Shown: positions 42,856 to 62,864 of the stretch, in pieces | Layout of the letters: every line of letters starts with the position of its first letter | Position numbering within the stretch: the first letter of the stretch is position 1 | Assembly (NCBI RefSeq): GCF_009914755.1 | Contig: NC_060930.1 | DNA length: 64,000 nucleotides | Source: the human T2T-CHM13v2.0 reference genome, Homo sapiens | Strand: one strand, 5' to 3' | Notes under the pieces: generated by a model | What the model saw: the letters and a program-made list of their open reading frames with translations, nothing else | Database searches by the model: none | What the model was told of the DNA's origin: nothing | Program-made: the position numbers and the translations under genes

Positions 42856-43864
42856 TGAATTCAAAGGTCTTCCTGTCGGCCTACCCCAGGTGGGGGCTGA
42901 CCTCGCCAGCCTCCTGCTGTGGGAGCGGAGGGACATGTTTTCCTTGCTTCTCTTCACTTTCCCCTACATAGCTTCTTTTCCCCTTTCCCACCCACCAGGC
43001 CACTTCCGCCCCTCCAGGTTTGGGATGAGGGAAAGATGGAGCAAGAAAGGTTTTACTTGCCTGGTACGGTCACACATTCTAGCGAGGCTTTCTGTGGGCT
43101 CGGCATGTGGATAACGCTGCCCCATCCTCTCATGGGGGCCTTCACAAGTTCTTTGGAGACAGCCCCTCCCAATGCTTTGCTGAGTGTTCTCGCCTGTCAT
43201 CAGTCCCGGACATGGGTGTGGCTCTATCCAGCTGTCATTTCATCTGCCTGCAATCTCAGCACCTGCTGGTCCACCCCTTTGGAAAGAATACAAGCCAACC
43301 CCAACCAGCCCCCAGATGCTCCATGAGAAATCCTCGGCCAGCAGATCTCACCTTCCACACAGGGAGAGATGAGGCTCGGCTCACCAATACCTCTCTCTTC
43401 AGAACCTCCAGCCCCAGAGCCTCCCAACTTCTCTATGGCCTAGAAGTGAATAGTCCAAAGGAGTCCCAGCTCTTGGCACTTTCCTTGCAAGTGCTGCTGG
43501 GGTTGTCTCTAACCTCACTTTGGTTGTGGACTAGTTGGCACCTGCTGACTTTGGGACCTCAACTGAGACAGAAATAATGCAATTGAAATTCCTGCTACTC
43601 TTGATGTGCATGGATGAGGGAGGCAGAGGAGGAAGGTCAGACAGAAGGAAGAGCGTAGCAAAGGCTGGAGGTGAGAAGGGGAGGAACAAGTTTCCATCTC
43701 AGTATGCAGTTCAATGATCTACTGTGCTCAGCACCTAGACCAAAGGAAGAGGGACGTGAGGACAAGGTGGGGAGACTGGGTGCTCTGGGTCTGACCACAG
43801 AGGGCCTTTAGTGCTGGGTGAAGGAGTGCAGGTTTTACTAAGGAACCCCATTGCTCTATTGAGG

Positions 43865-44300
43865 GTGTTCTTAGGTGGACTCCCCAAAAGCAAAGCCTGA
43901 GACAGGTACTCACATGATGTGATCACTGAGGAAGAACTCTCAAGAGAAGGGCAGGAAGGAACTCTCAAGAGAAGCAGGGGAGGGCAGGGGAAGGGGCTAA
44001 GCAAGGATGTGGTCTCCTGGGGAGTCTGGCTTCAGCCCCATTCCTCAGGGAGCTCTGGAGCAGGAATTCCATCACAGATTCAGCCCTGCTTGAGGCAAGA
44101 GAGATAGTCTTGTGTGCCCCATTGGCTGTAGGCCGCCCCCAAGGGGGTGCATAACTTCCAGGAAGCGATGGGTCCCAGGATCCAGGGCAGTTCTCCAAAG
44201 ATGGAGCAGTTCTGCGTTATCATCAGTCAATATCCACAGCAGTGGCACAAGCACCCCACCCAGGTAAAAGCGAGCCGGTGGGCCCTCAGCAGGGGCCCCT
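43865..44300 (-). mobile_element. ERVL LTR (LTR16C-like)
   Basis: 'ggactccccaaaagcaaagcctgagacagg...gctaagcaaggatgtggtctc...ggagctctggagc'; internal duplication of gaactctcaagagaag. Confidence 0.6.
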
Positions 44301-44670
44301 ACAAAGGTGTTTGTTTTGGGTTTCAGCTGGGGGCAGTGGGGCATCACATGACAGTTATATGATGGAAAGTTATTTATTCACTCTTATGTGAGACGGTTTG
44401 AAGCAGGGATTATAAGAGTCCAGATTAAGAGTCTAAACGGAGAGAGCGGCAGGGGAGAGGGAGAACAAAGACAGATGATTGGGACAAAAGGACAAGACTT
44501 GGTAAGGATTTGCCAAAGAATAAATGAGGATGGAGTTGAGATCTTTCAAACCTGGGTAAAGGCCAGGGGGGATGTCATGAAAAGAATTAGTGCAACTTCA
44601 GGAGGCACGGGCTTGAAAAGGAAAGTGATTATCTCTGGAATGTGTTGCATTTGAGGTTCCAGCAGATTAT

Positions 44671-45101
44671 TGTATGGGTTTCCTAGGGCTGCCCTCACAA
44701 ACAGCACAAACCTGAGTGGCTTAAAACAACAGAAACTTATTATCTCACAATTCTGGAGGCCAAAATCAAGGTGTGTCAGCAGGGCCATGCTCCCTCCAAA
44801 GGCTCCAGGGAGGAATCCCTCCTCGCATCTTCCTAGCTACTGATGGTTGCCAGAACCAACCACTTGGTTCTCCTTGGCTTGTAGATGCGTCACTCCAGGC
44901 TTTACCTCTGTGGGCACGGGGAGTTCTCCTTATGTCTGTGTCCAAGTTGGTGTCCAACTTTCTCTCTTCTGATAAGGATGCCAGTCATTGGCTTAGGGTT
45001 CACCCCAATCCAGTATGGCCACATTTTAACTTGCCCAAATAAGGTCACATTCACGGGTACCCCCAGCATATATTTTTGGGGACACAACTCAACCCACAGC
45101 A
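44671..45101 (-). mobile_element. MaLR solo LTR (MLT1C-like) inserted in L2
   Basis: 'tttcctagggctgcc...gtggcttaaaacaacagaaac...aataaggtcacattcac...ggggacacaactcaacccaca'. Confidence 0.8.
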
Positions 45102-45170
45102 ACCCTGCAGGAGGAAATGCCAAATGGGCATTTGAGAATATGGGCCTGCAGCTTGAAAATAGCATCTTCA

Positions 45171-45557
<387 letters not shown>

Positions 45558-46036
45558 CTAATCCTCCGCATTTGTGGGGAGGACGGAGCAAAAGAGACAT
45601 TTGGCGGGAGGGCAGAGCAAAAGAGAGGAGGGACACTCTTTACATTCTTTGTGATGGAGCAGATCCAGCTGGAAAAATTCTAAGATGAGGATATTGAGAT
45701 ATTGAGAGAGGGGGACTGAGGAAGGACTGAACCATCTTCCCAGGGGTCATTGGCGGGGTGTTCAGCATGAGCATGGAGAGCATAGCCCTCCTGATTTGGG
45801 AGGGAAACCTCAAATAACTCTCCCAACCAAAACACGAAACATCTACTGTTGGATGCACTTTGTGTCTAGAACATCATCTTCAATAAGCTTCTGATTTCCA
45901 AGAGGGGATCACTGATAGAGCTCCTATGAGGTGCTGGGCACTGTTCTGGGTGCTAGGAATACAGTGTGAAACAAAACAGATAATATCCTGGGCTTCATGA
46001 GACTGATATTCTAGTAGCACTGCACATTAAACCCAT

Positions 46037-46352
46037 GTTTTTGTCTTTGTTTTTGTTTTGTTTCATTTGAGACAGGGTCTCAATCTGTCCCCCAAGCTGG
46101 AGGGCAGTGGTGCTATCACAGCTCCCTGTAGCCTCCACCTGCATGGCTCGAGCAATCCTCCCACCTCAGCCTCCTGGGCAGCTGGGACTACAGGTGCCTG
46201 TCACCACACCCAGCTAAGTTTTTAAAAAATTCTGTAGAGACAGGGTCTCGTTATGTTGCCCAGGCTGCTCTTGAACTCCTGGGCTCAAGTGATCCTCTCG
46301 CCTCAACCTCCCAAAGTGCTGAGATTACAGGTGTGAGCCATTGCACCCAGCC
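46037..46352 (-). mobile_element. Alu (AluJ-like)
   Basis: TSD taaacccatgttt. Confidence 0.93.
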
Positions 46353-47406
46353 TAAACCCATGTTTCAGTGAAAATGAACTGCTCGGTTCACTTGCAAGAG
46401 CAACAGGTAATCCAAAGCACAGCCTAAAGGCTGTGACAGAATGAGACAGAACAAGTGAGTTTTGATCTGGGTTTGATGTGGGAGAAAGCTCTCGTTCAGG
46501 AAAGAACCAGTCTGGGAGTCCAGAGGCTGGTTAGAAATAGATCAGGAAGCTTAAGCAAGTCACCTTCCCTCTCTGGACTTTGGTTTCCTCATCAGTACAG
46601 TAAGAGTGCTGCACTAGGTAGGGGGTATATTCCAGCCCTGAAATTCTCCAGGCCTCTGACACATTTGACAACTTCTGGTCCAGCTGCCTCCTCACATCGA
46701 TGTTTCAATCTCTTTAAATCTCTCAGGGCCCCTTGAACCTGCCTCCCAGCCTCTATTCCCCTCCCTGAGATCACTGCAAATGCCTCTAGAGTCAGATGGT
46801 CCCCTCTCTCAGACCGTAAGCTCTCTCTACATCTTTAAGAGGAGAGGCCAGGGGATAGACTGTCCTGGGACTCTTCTCCCTCCAGAGAAAGCTCCTGGCC
46901 CTGGATAATAGCTCCAGAAAGAAGACAACTCCACGGACCCTGACAAGAAAGGCCTGAGGTTCAGAGGCTTGTGATCTGCAGCAACCCGCCTACACGCCCT
47001 GTTTCACAGATAAATGGGTGGAAGCTGGCCCCGCCTTCTTGCCCACCCATTTCTCCGCCTACAGGTCACCCTTCTGGTACTTCCTCCTCCTTCACAGTCT
47101 GGTTGAGTTGTACACTGAAGGATGCTAAAGATAGGCAGAACCCAGGAGGCCGTCTTGTCCAAGCCCTATGTTTGACACTGAGGAGAGCAGAGATCAGAGT
47201 GGTTGAGTGACCTGATGGCAGTCACACAGCCAGTTGGCAGAAGGTCTAGCTCCAAAGCTGTATAATTTGGGCTTAGTCTCAGTACCAGGTTTGGAAAAAG
47301 GGGCCTCCCTGGTGTCTGGGAGAACACAGGGTGTCCTCTGTGGTTCAGTCCTGGACATGCTGGCCCTTCTCAGTCCCAGGCCAGGACAAGAGCCTGGGGG
47401 CGATGA

Positions 47407-47740
<334 letters not shown>

Positions 47741-47789
47741 CAACAATTATTTGTTTTAATGTCCATTTCTTCCCCCACTGTTCTCAGTA

Positions 47790-48228
47790 ACAGGGGGTGA
47801 CACTGCAGCCTGCATTCATCAGGCTCTGTGCCAACTAGTTTTCTGCCACTTTGGGGCAATAGGAGGCGCTAATGAGATTGGAAGGCAAGAAGAAGGGAAA
47901 AGCTGGGTATTTGCTCCCCGCTCCCCCCGCCCCGCCGCTTTGCCTCGGTTGGCATCTTTAGCAGCTGCTGCATCTCCTTCGTGGCTTCAACTGCTGCCCG
48001 ACAGGCCTGCTGCAGTTCCTTGGGGGCCCACTAATACCTTCCTCCCTTTGTCTTGCAGACTCAGGGCCATAGAGTTTCTTACTCTCACTAGTCTCCACAT
48101 TGACCCCATCATCTGTTATATGGCTTCTCCATGCTCCCAGCACTTGTATAACCAATCTCCTGTATCACATTCCTCCTGTTGGAAACATCTGAAGTGTCTT
48201 CTGCTTTCCTGTTTAGACTCTGACTGAT
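47790..48228 (+). mobile_element. ERVL LTR (LTR33-like)
   Basis: 'ggcaataggaggc...gagattggaaggcaagaagaaggga...ttcctgtttagactctgactgat'. Confidence 0.55.
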
Positions 48229-48392
48229 GGCCCTCTAGAACCACTGTGCTAGGGGAAAATAAAGAGGTCCTTCCACCTCAAACCCCTCTTTGTCCCTCTC
48301 TGGCTTCCCTTCCTACCACAGTTATTTTGTTCATTCAGTCAGTCACTTAGTTCATGACTATTTGTTGAGTCCCACCCATGTACCTAGCAAGT

Positions 48393-50040
<1,648 letters not shown>

Positions 50041-50127
50041 TATTAGAGAACAGGGATGTCTCCAATTTAGAACAAGACAAGGTCCCTGCTCTTAAGGAGC
50101 TCATTCTAGAGGGAAAGGAAGATGGAC

Positions 50128-50631
50128 TTGTTAGCTATTGCTGTGTGACAACTTACTACACACTTAGACGCTTAAAACAACACACATTCCTTATCTCAGT
50201 TTCTGTGAGTCAAAGGTTCTGGCATAGTTTACCTAGGCCCTCTGCTCACGGTCTCAAAAAGCTCCGCCAGGTGAGACCATGAGCACAGCACCCAGGTAAA
50301 CTTTGGGCTGCAGTCTCAGCAGAGGTTTAACTGGAAAAAGATCTGCTTCCAAGCTCCATCAGATCCCGGGCAGAGTTCATTTCCTTACTTGGTGGCTTGA
50401 TTCTTCAAGGCCAACAGGAGTCTTTCACCTCAAGGACGGCGTCAGTTCCTTTTTTAGGGCCTTTCCCCTGATTAAGTCAGGCCCACACAGGGTAATATCC
50501 CTTTTTTATTGAATTAAAATCAACTGGTTTTGAGCTGCTAAATCTCTTCACCTTTGACACAGTCTATGGACTAGAGGCAAACCACAGGTCCCACCCACAC
50601 TCGAGGGGAGGGGATTATACAAGGGCATGTC
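50128..50631 (-). mobile_element. MaLR LTR (MLT1D/E-like)
   Basis: 'gcttaaaacaacacacatt...atctgcttccaagctc...tcaggcccacacagggtaat...cacactcgaggggagggga'. Confidence 0.7.
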
Positions 50632-51029
50632 TCTCTGGCATGGGGTCACTTTAGAATGTGTCCAACCAACATGCCGGGAATTATGGAATTACAAGAGTGA
50701 TCATCTTTTCAGAAGGAAAAGTTCAATGTTCTGTGGGAGTGAAGAACCCAGTCTGAGTGGGGGCAGGGACAGTCTCCTGAAGCAATAATGTCTGAGCTGA
50801 GACCCGAAATTCAAACAGGAATGAAACAGCCCACATGTGGGGGAAGAGTGCCCCAGGAAGATGAAATGGCGCGTGCAAAGGTCCTGCGGCCAGAGAAAGC
50901 TGAGTGAGTTAAAGGAACTTAAAGTCTAGTTTGACTGGCATGTAGAGAGTTGGAGAAGGACTTGGAGCTGGAGAGAGAGATGCTTCCCAGCCCAGGCTTT
51001 CCTCGCAGCCACTAAGCAGCCTGTTGTTG

Positions 51030-51285
51030 CTGCAGTTAAGACAAGTATCAATAAAGCCAAAGCCACACACAAAATATGAACAATGGTTACCTCTGCAGGG
51101 GCTATTACTAAGAAAGGGCACAAGAGCACCTTTGGAGGTGCTGGAAATGTTCTCCCTCTTGCTCGGAACAGTAGTAACATGAATGTGTACATTTATAAGA
51201 AGTCATTGTGCTTAGACTTAAGATTAGAGAACTTTAACGTCTATAAGTTATACCTCCACAAAGTGCTATTAAATAAAAGCAAATA
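51030..51285 (+). mobile_element. L1ME-like 3' end
   Basis: 'tggttacctctg...ggtgctggaaatgttct...tataagttatacctc'. Confidence 0.65.
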
Positions 51286-51699
51286 AGACATAAACACAGA
51301 ATAGGTCCATATGTGCATCAGCTCCAGGCTGTGATCCTGACACCTACCAGGCACCTCCAAAGCTACACCACTGGTCCCCAGGGAGGAAGGACCTGAGATG
51401 CTTAGGAGCCAGTTCCATTTGGTCAACATATGTTTACTGAGAACCTTCCCTGCCCCATTTGCAACTGGCTCAAGGTTATAGAAGGAGGTTTAAGGTTATG
51501 GAAGGCACTGCTCCTGTCTCCCAGGGGCTTATAACCTAGCAGGGAAACCAACTCCAGAACTGACTGCAGTAGATGACAGAGAGATCTGGTAAAAACTGCA
51601 GGCAAGGGCTCAGGAAGAAGTGGCTAATTCCATTTGGGGATCTGAGGAGTCACTTAAAGGAAGAGGCATTTGAATGGGCCTCTGTCAAATGACATTAGA

Positions 51700-52470
<771 letters not shown>

Positions 52471-52566
52471 AAAAGAGTAGGAATGGGATCGGTAGAAATC
52501 ACAGTGGCTGAGGGACAAATGTATGCAGATGCCTGGTGTGTTCTGGGAAAGTTGCCACATGCAGGG

Positions 52567-52975
52567 TGTCTTAGTCTGTTTTGCATTGCTATATAAAGGA
52601 ATACCTGAGGTTGGGTAATTTATAAAGAAAAGAGCTTTACTGGGCTCAAAGTTCTGCAGACACTAGCGTCTGCTTCTGATGAGGCCTCAGACTGCTTCCA
52701 CTCATGGTGGAAGGGAAAGGAGCAGGTTTGTGCGGAGGTCACACGGTGAGAGACAGGAAGGGAGGGCAGGGGAAGGCGCCAGGTTCTTTTTAACAACCAG
52801 CTCTGGATAAAACTCTCATGGGAACTAATAGAGCAAGAACCCACTCATTACTGTGAGGATGACACCAAGCCATTCAGGAGGAATCCATCCCCAGGAGCCA
52901 CACACCTCCCATTAGGCCCCATCATCAACCCTGGGGATCAAATTTCTACATGAGATTTGGAGGAGGCAAACACAT
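52567..52975 (-). mobile_element. MaLR solo LTR (MSTB-like)
   Basis: 'tgtcttagtctgttttgcattgcta...cttctgatgaggcctcag...acacctcccattaggcccc...atgagatttggagg'. Confidence 0.85.
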
Positions 52976-53697
52976 GGCTGATGCCTGGGCACAGGGCTCA
53001 GGGAGAGGGGAGTGAGTACAGGGAGATGAGGGATGGAGTTGGTTGGGGTCAGTCTTAGAGAGCTCACATCTCCCTTCGTGAGTGGTCTGGACTTGATACC
53101 CTGGTTAGGGTTTGGAGGGTGGATGGGAGGAGGACAAGATGAGAGGCAGAGTCCCTGTGAGATGTCTGAGACTCCAGCTGGGAGAGTGCTCAGTGGGGAG
53201 GGTGAGAAGGGGGTAGAAGAAAGAGATATTTAAGAGCTGAACCCCCATGGTTTTGGTGGGGACAGGGTGTGACTCCCACGTTTCTGGATTGAGAGACTGA
53301 AAGGGCGGTGGTGCTGGTTGAAGGCTTGGGGATTGCAGAAGGATAATCTAATTTGCAGAGGAAGAGTCTGACAAATTGATACAGACAAATTGAATTTGAG
53401 TTTCCAGCAGGACAGCCGAGTGGAAGTGTCTGGTACGCAAGGGGAACTGCTGTCTGGCGTCCTTGGAGAAAGATCAGAACAAGGGGTAGGGAATTATTTG
53501 GGTGTTGTCTGCTTGATGGTAATAAAAGACTTGAAGACAAGAGGATCAAAGAGATCACACAAGGGGGCATTGGTGCGGGAACTGAACTCTGCTGAGGATA
53601 GAGTCTCAGGGGGCTGCCTGCATTTAAGGGGAGGACAGAGCAAGGAGCTAGTAGGGAAGAGCCATCAAAGAGGCATGAGGAGAAGTAAATGAGTTCA

Positions 53698-54010
<313 letters not shown>

Positions 54011-55203
54011 AAGAAGGAGAAGAAGTGAATGCGTTCGTGTCCACAAAGTGGAAGGGGTCAGGTTTTAACAAGGAAGAAGATGGATACAAAATGCCAATGC
54101 TGTGCAAAGGGAGTGGGCAAACCCAGCTCCTTGCCCATGAAAAGTGTGGCTTACCCAGGGTCGGGGAGACACTGGCTCCCGTGCCTAATCTCTCAAGCTT
54201 ATTTGCCTGTACTCCCTGCAAATTGGCCATGGGAGCTCCCCGAGCACAGAAAACAGCTTGATTCATTTAAAATAAAGGCCATTTTAAAATTCTTTTGTGG
54301 AGTTTAAGTTATTTTTTTAAATGCAGCTAGTCATACAGTCTCACCTATTTGACAGAGAAGTGTTTCTAAATTAACTTCTTATTATTTCTCACCCTGACAA
54401 AAGCTTCTCTGTAACAGGTGTTCCTTGATGATGTGTGCACAGGACAGCTCATTTGCAAGCCAGGGGTGTGAGTCCACGTGTGTGCATACATGCATGCACA
54501 CACACATGCACACGAACACTTTCACACATGGCATTCCCATGCTCAGGGGTCAGGGCCCTAGCAGGCCAGTTGCAGAAACTGATGGACAATAACACATCAC
54601 CGCATGATCATGCTTGTCTTGGTATAGATCACTGCTTAACTCATTGTGTTCCAACCAGGTTGTGGGCTCCATGTGGGCAGGGGCAACAGCTTCCATCATC
54701 TCTTTCTTACCTCCCTAATTACCCAGCAGTGTACCTGGGAGCAAATACGACACAGCACCTCTAGCACTCCAGCACAAAGAGGTACCCAAGGGACTGCCCA
54801 GATTTCGCAACTTAATGCCATGATGCCCCCATCTGAGAGAACTGAAACTGGTCCTCCAGTGTCCCTGATTACCAGCCCATCCCTCATCCCTCAGTTCTTC
54901 AAGCCAATGAAGGAGAGCTAGAGATAAAGGAATGTACATCATGAGCCAAATGGGACACGCTGGGGGCCATAGCTCAGCTGTGAGGATGCAGCATCCTCTG
55001 TGATCATTCCCTTGGTCCCCCATCACAGCTCCACAGGTCAGCTCCACTGCAGACCTCAGCATGCAGGATCTCATTAAATCCCTGCAACAACCCACAGGCA
55101 CAGGAAATGTTAATAACAATCACTCCAGCCTTGCCTCTCTATACCCCCAAGACTTATCTGAGCAACTCCTGCACCAGCACCTGGAGATTCTTGCACATGC
55201 CTG

Positions 55204-55651
55204 TGTAGGATTGTTCTCTGGGTGGCCTTGGACCAGCCAGTTCTCTCCCCTTTCTTCCTCACAGTTCTCAGAAATAACTGCAGAATGTGCTGAGAATGCA
55301 GCATCCTGAGAAAAGGAGGGACTAGCTAGACCAGCTGGGTCCCTCTTAAAAACAGGATGCCCATCTTTGCTTAGCCCGGCGATTGCTACATCCTCCAGGA
55401 TATAAAACCCAGGGCAGGCTGCTTTCTGGAATCTCAGCTATGGTGCAAGTGCAGCATACACAAACAAGACTCCATCCACCCAGGATAGCTTTCCTGGGTC
55501 TTGGGGGACCAGCTCATCATGGGTCCTGGGCTTCTGTTGCCCCTGCTGCCTATCTGTAAGTAATAAATCTGCCTCATGTAACTTGTGCGTGTGAGTGCTT
55601 TGTCTCACCAGACTTGGGCAAGTAACCAGTACACAGGATATCTGCTGCACA
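55204..55651 (+). mobile_element. Solo ERVL-class LTR (LTR47-like)
   Basis: TG...CA termini; imperfect 5-bp TSD gcctg/ccctg; TATAAAA at 55401-55407; AATAAA at 55562-55567. Confidence 0.75.
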
Positions 55652-55846
55652 CCCTGGCTGTCTTTCACTTTTCCTCTAGACCCTACAGATTTAAACAAGC
55701 AAGCAAACTAACACTCCCCCACTGCTTTAATAATCATAACAAATACCTTTGGAGTGTCTGTGTGCCTTATGATCTGAGCATGCAGGATCTCATCAAATCC
55801 TTGCTAACAGTCTTATGAGGCAGAGGCTCTTACTACCTGCATCTCA

Positions 55847-56793
<947 letters not shown>

Positions 56794-57725
56794 CTATTTT
56801 GCTATTACTATTATTATTATTACTAACTAGAGCTGGACCCTCCTTTTGGCCCTATTACTCTGCCCCTTTATCAACTGCCCTTTCCTCCTGCTCCAGGACA
56901 AGCCTCCTGTCCTGGTCTCTACCTGCTGGCTTCATCCCAGAGGGACCCCCCAGCACCTCCACCTGTCTGCCTTGTGTTCCTGGGAACCCCGTGTAGCCAG
57001 TGCACAGTAGGTAGAAACAGTATCCATCCTCTCCCCATTCAGCAAACATTTTTGGAGCCAGCCAGACATGGGAACCGTGGTGTTCCCTGGCTCCGACAGT
57101 GGGGTTGGGACTCCCCTGCTGGTCCCGACAGTCCCAGACGCCCACAGCAGAGGGCGGCCTCCTTGGGCTCTAATTTTAACCCCGAGGAAGGTGCCAATCG
57201 TTCATTTTCAAAGCTGTTTCAAAGTGACTCTGATAAGCAAATTGCTGGCAGCCCTGGCGGGTGATTATTCCTGCATTAATCAGGGGGAAATTATGCCAGT
57301 TACTGATTAACTAATTACAGCAATCAGATCGGCTGGGAGAACAGTGCAGTGGGAGGAGGACAAGGTAAACACAACCTGGGAAAGGTGAAGGAGGCAATTT
57401 GGTTGTGAACAGAGGACAGAGGCCGGAGCCCCCTTCCTGCCTCCTCTTGCCCAAACCACCCCAGCCCAGCTGGGGGACCCCTGAGGCCAAGCTGGCTGTC
57501 CAGTCTGTTGGGGCAGGCAGGGCTCATCCTCTGGGAATTAGTGTCCAGTGTGACAGGAGGAGCTGTCCTCTCCCAGCCTTTGCTGGGTTTCCCATCTGCC
57601 AGAGGACACAGGTGCTGGCCTTCAGGAGGCCCCTTTTTGGCAGAGGAGGCCGAGGTTCCTACATCCACACCACCCCCGTCCATCTGAGGGGGCACCCTGG
57701 AGGAACAGTTACGGCTTGGCTATTA

Positions 57726-58027
<302 letters not shown>

Positions 58028-59679
58028 TCAGAAGCTGGGAAACAAGTGACAAAAGAGGGTGACATGTGGCAGCCAGGGCTTCCAAGCACAGAACCCAAAA
58101 GTCACCCAGTTAGCCCAGTTAAGGGTCACCTGCCTCAGGTCACTGGCTCTCCTCTCTCACCCACAAAGACCATGGGAGGGGAGGGGAGGAGATGAACAGA
58201 TAATTTTCTCCGTACTCCCAGCTGCAGAGCCATGGTCCACCTGAGAGGAGGAAAGGGGATCCTTCCAGAATACTTTATGCTCATTCCCCCAGTCCTGTCT
58301 CCCAAATGCCTCTGCTCATGTTTGTTTGGTGGCAGGGGTGTGTGTGACTAAAGTCAGAACCTGGTTGCAGTTTGCTGACTGCCACTTCACCCAGCACAGA
58401 AGTTACCACTGAATGAGAAGCTGATTCCGGACACAGCCGATGCCAGAGGACAGCCATTTTTCTCCCCATAGCCTACAATGTATGCGAGGGGGGGTGGGAG
58501 GCTTGATGTCCTCTGACTGCACAGGACTCTGGAGAGGAGCTAAGGGGTTCCCAAGAGGCCACTGCTAGCCTGTGTATATAGAGTCCAGTTACACATCTAT
58601 AGAGCAGGTCTACAGGGTTCCTGCACTCAGACCTGAATCTCCCTCCTCCAGTAAAGTTCCTCTGCATGGAAAACTCTTCTTGAAGGTGTCCCTCTCCCCA
58701 AAGTTCAGGATGATTTCTCTCTTCCTGGGGTGGCAGACCCAGTGAATGGGTACCTGAGGATGGGTGAGGGCTGCCCAGCCAGAGGCTGTGGAGCAGGCTG
58801 CTGAGGTGGACATCAGCTGACACTGGGGGCTGTGGGGTAAAGGTCTCTCCCCATTTTGGGCACCTGTTCTCTTCAGGGTCCTGAAGAACTGTTTCTGCCC
58901 AGTGCTCATCCCATCCCAAAAGGATGATGTGACGTCCTGTGTGTAGGTTGTCCCTTCTGATCAATAGGAAGGGAACCGGAGCCAGTACCAGGGACACTGC
59001 ATAGGCTGTGCCCTCTGGGAGGATGCACGGAGGGTTAGGTCACTTAAGGGCCATCAAACTTCCACCCTCCTCCTTCTTCCCTCGTACCTCCAGTTTCCAC
59101 ATCAGGGCTGGTGGGAGGATGGGCTGGGCCTGGCCTAACATGACCTGGGAACTGGCCGCAGGGCTGGGCAGGGGATGTGGGTGACATGACTCTACCCAAC
59201 TGGAAGAGGGGTAAAGAGTGCAGGGAAAGAGAAAGATCCCAGCCCCAGGCATCTACTAGGAATCTCTACCATGTATTGAGCGCCTATGGCATGCTGACCT
59301 GAACTCCAGTTGATAAGTGAGGAAACTGAGACTTTAGCAAATTAAGTAGTTTACCTAAATGTTATTACTGGAACCCAGGGCTGCTGGCTCTCATCTATAA
59401 CCACTGCACAATATTGCCGCCCACTCCTGTAAAATGGGGCAATAATGATACCGACCTCACAGGTTGATGTGAAGACAAATGAGACAAATGCTTGCAGAGA
59501 GCATCGGGCAGATTCATTGAACATCTACTATATAACAGGTGCTATCATGAGTGCCCAAGGAGAGGAACAAATGAGTGGCAGTCCCTGTCCTGGAGGAGCC
59601 CCTGGTCTAGTGCGGAAAGTGGATGCAGAAGAAATAAACCACCGGACCGCACAGTGCGTGCTCAGAAAGAGTGCCGAAG

Positions 59680-60091
<412 letters not shown>

Positions 60092-60364
60092 TTAGAGACA
60101 GGAACCAGACGCAAAGTCACAGAGGCAGGGAGTTTATGGTGAAAAGTGAGGGAATCAGTGTGTCCACATTAAGACTGCGGGGAGGAAGGAGGAAGCTCAA
60201 AGGATGACCCAGACAGATCCGAGAGGGCCTTAGGTATAAGGCTAGGAGATTTAGAATTCATGCTAGAATAGTAAGAGCCATGCAAGAGGTTTTTAAGAAT
60301 ATGTTTAAAATGGGGCAAAAAATAAATAATTAAAAAATACGACTATGTTATTGGGGATTTTTAA

Positions 60365-61815
<1,451 letters not shown>

Positions 61816-62489
61816 CTACCTCCTTTATAATAGCATCATGATATTCAAAAATTGGACCATAAAAACTTATTCAACCATGCCTCTATCAATGGACATTCAG
61901 GCTTCTGGGTTTTTGCTATCACCAGCAATGTGACAATAGATATCAAGTATGCCATTCTTGTGGGCTGGTGGTTTTGTTCTATTTTGTTTTGCTTCTGTTG
62001 GATAAATTTTACAAAAATAGGCTGCTGCTTTAAAGAGAATATGCACTTAGGCCATTCTGCCTTGAAGGCAGAATAGGAAGCTCCTTGAGTGACTTCCCAG
62101 TCTAGGAAGTGTCTCTTCTCCACTCCTGCCCCAACTCCTCCTCCTCCTCTTCCATCTCCTCTTCCTCATCCTCCTTTCCCCCAGAGGATATAAGCACTTT
62201 GACCCGACAGGTGGAGAGAAGACTTTGGCCACCTCTGAGAGAGGAGGCCACTGAAACTCACTCAGAGGCACAAGCTTTGGAAGTAGGTCATTTCCCCAAA
62301 GCAAACCCTGATGGTGAATGGGCCCTGGTCCCCTGCAGAGGCATAGGAAAGAGAGTTCAGAAAGGGATGCTGGGGGGCCAAAGACAGAACCTTAAGCAAA
62401 AACCCAGAGGGCCAAAGCTGAGATTCCTGGTATCGCTTGCTGCACAAACTCAGGCTCACTTCTCTTAACCCAGGAGTTCTTAGCTGTGA

Positions 62490-62864
<375 letters not shown>

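Noticed and set aside
54478-54515. Near-palindromic GTGTGTGCAT...ATGCACACAC
   Set aside because: Common low-complexity (TG)/(CA) sequence; insufficient to call a miRNA hairpin.
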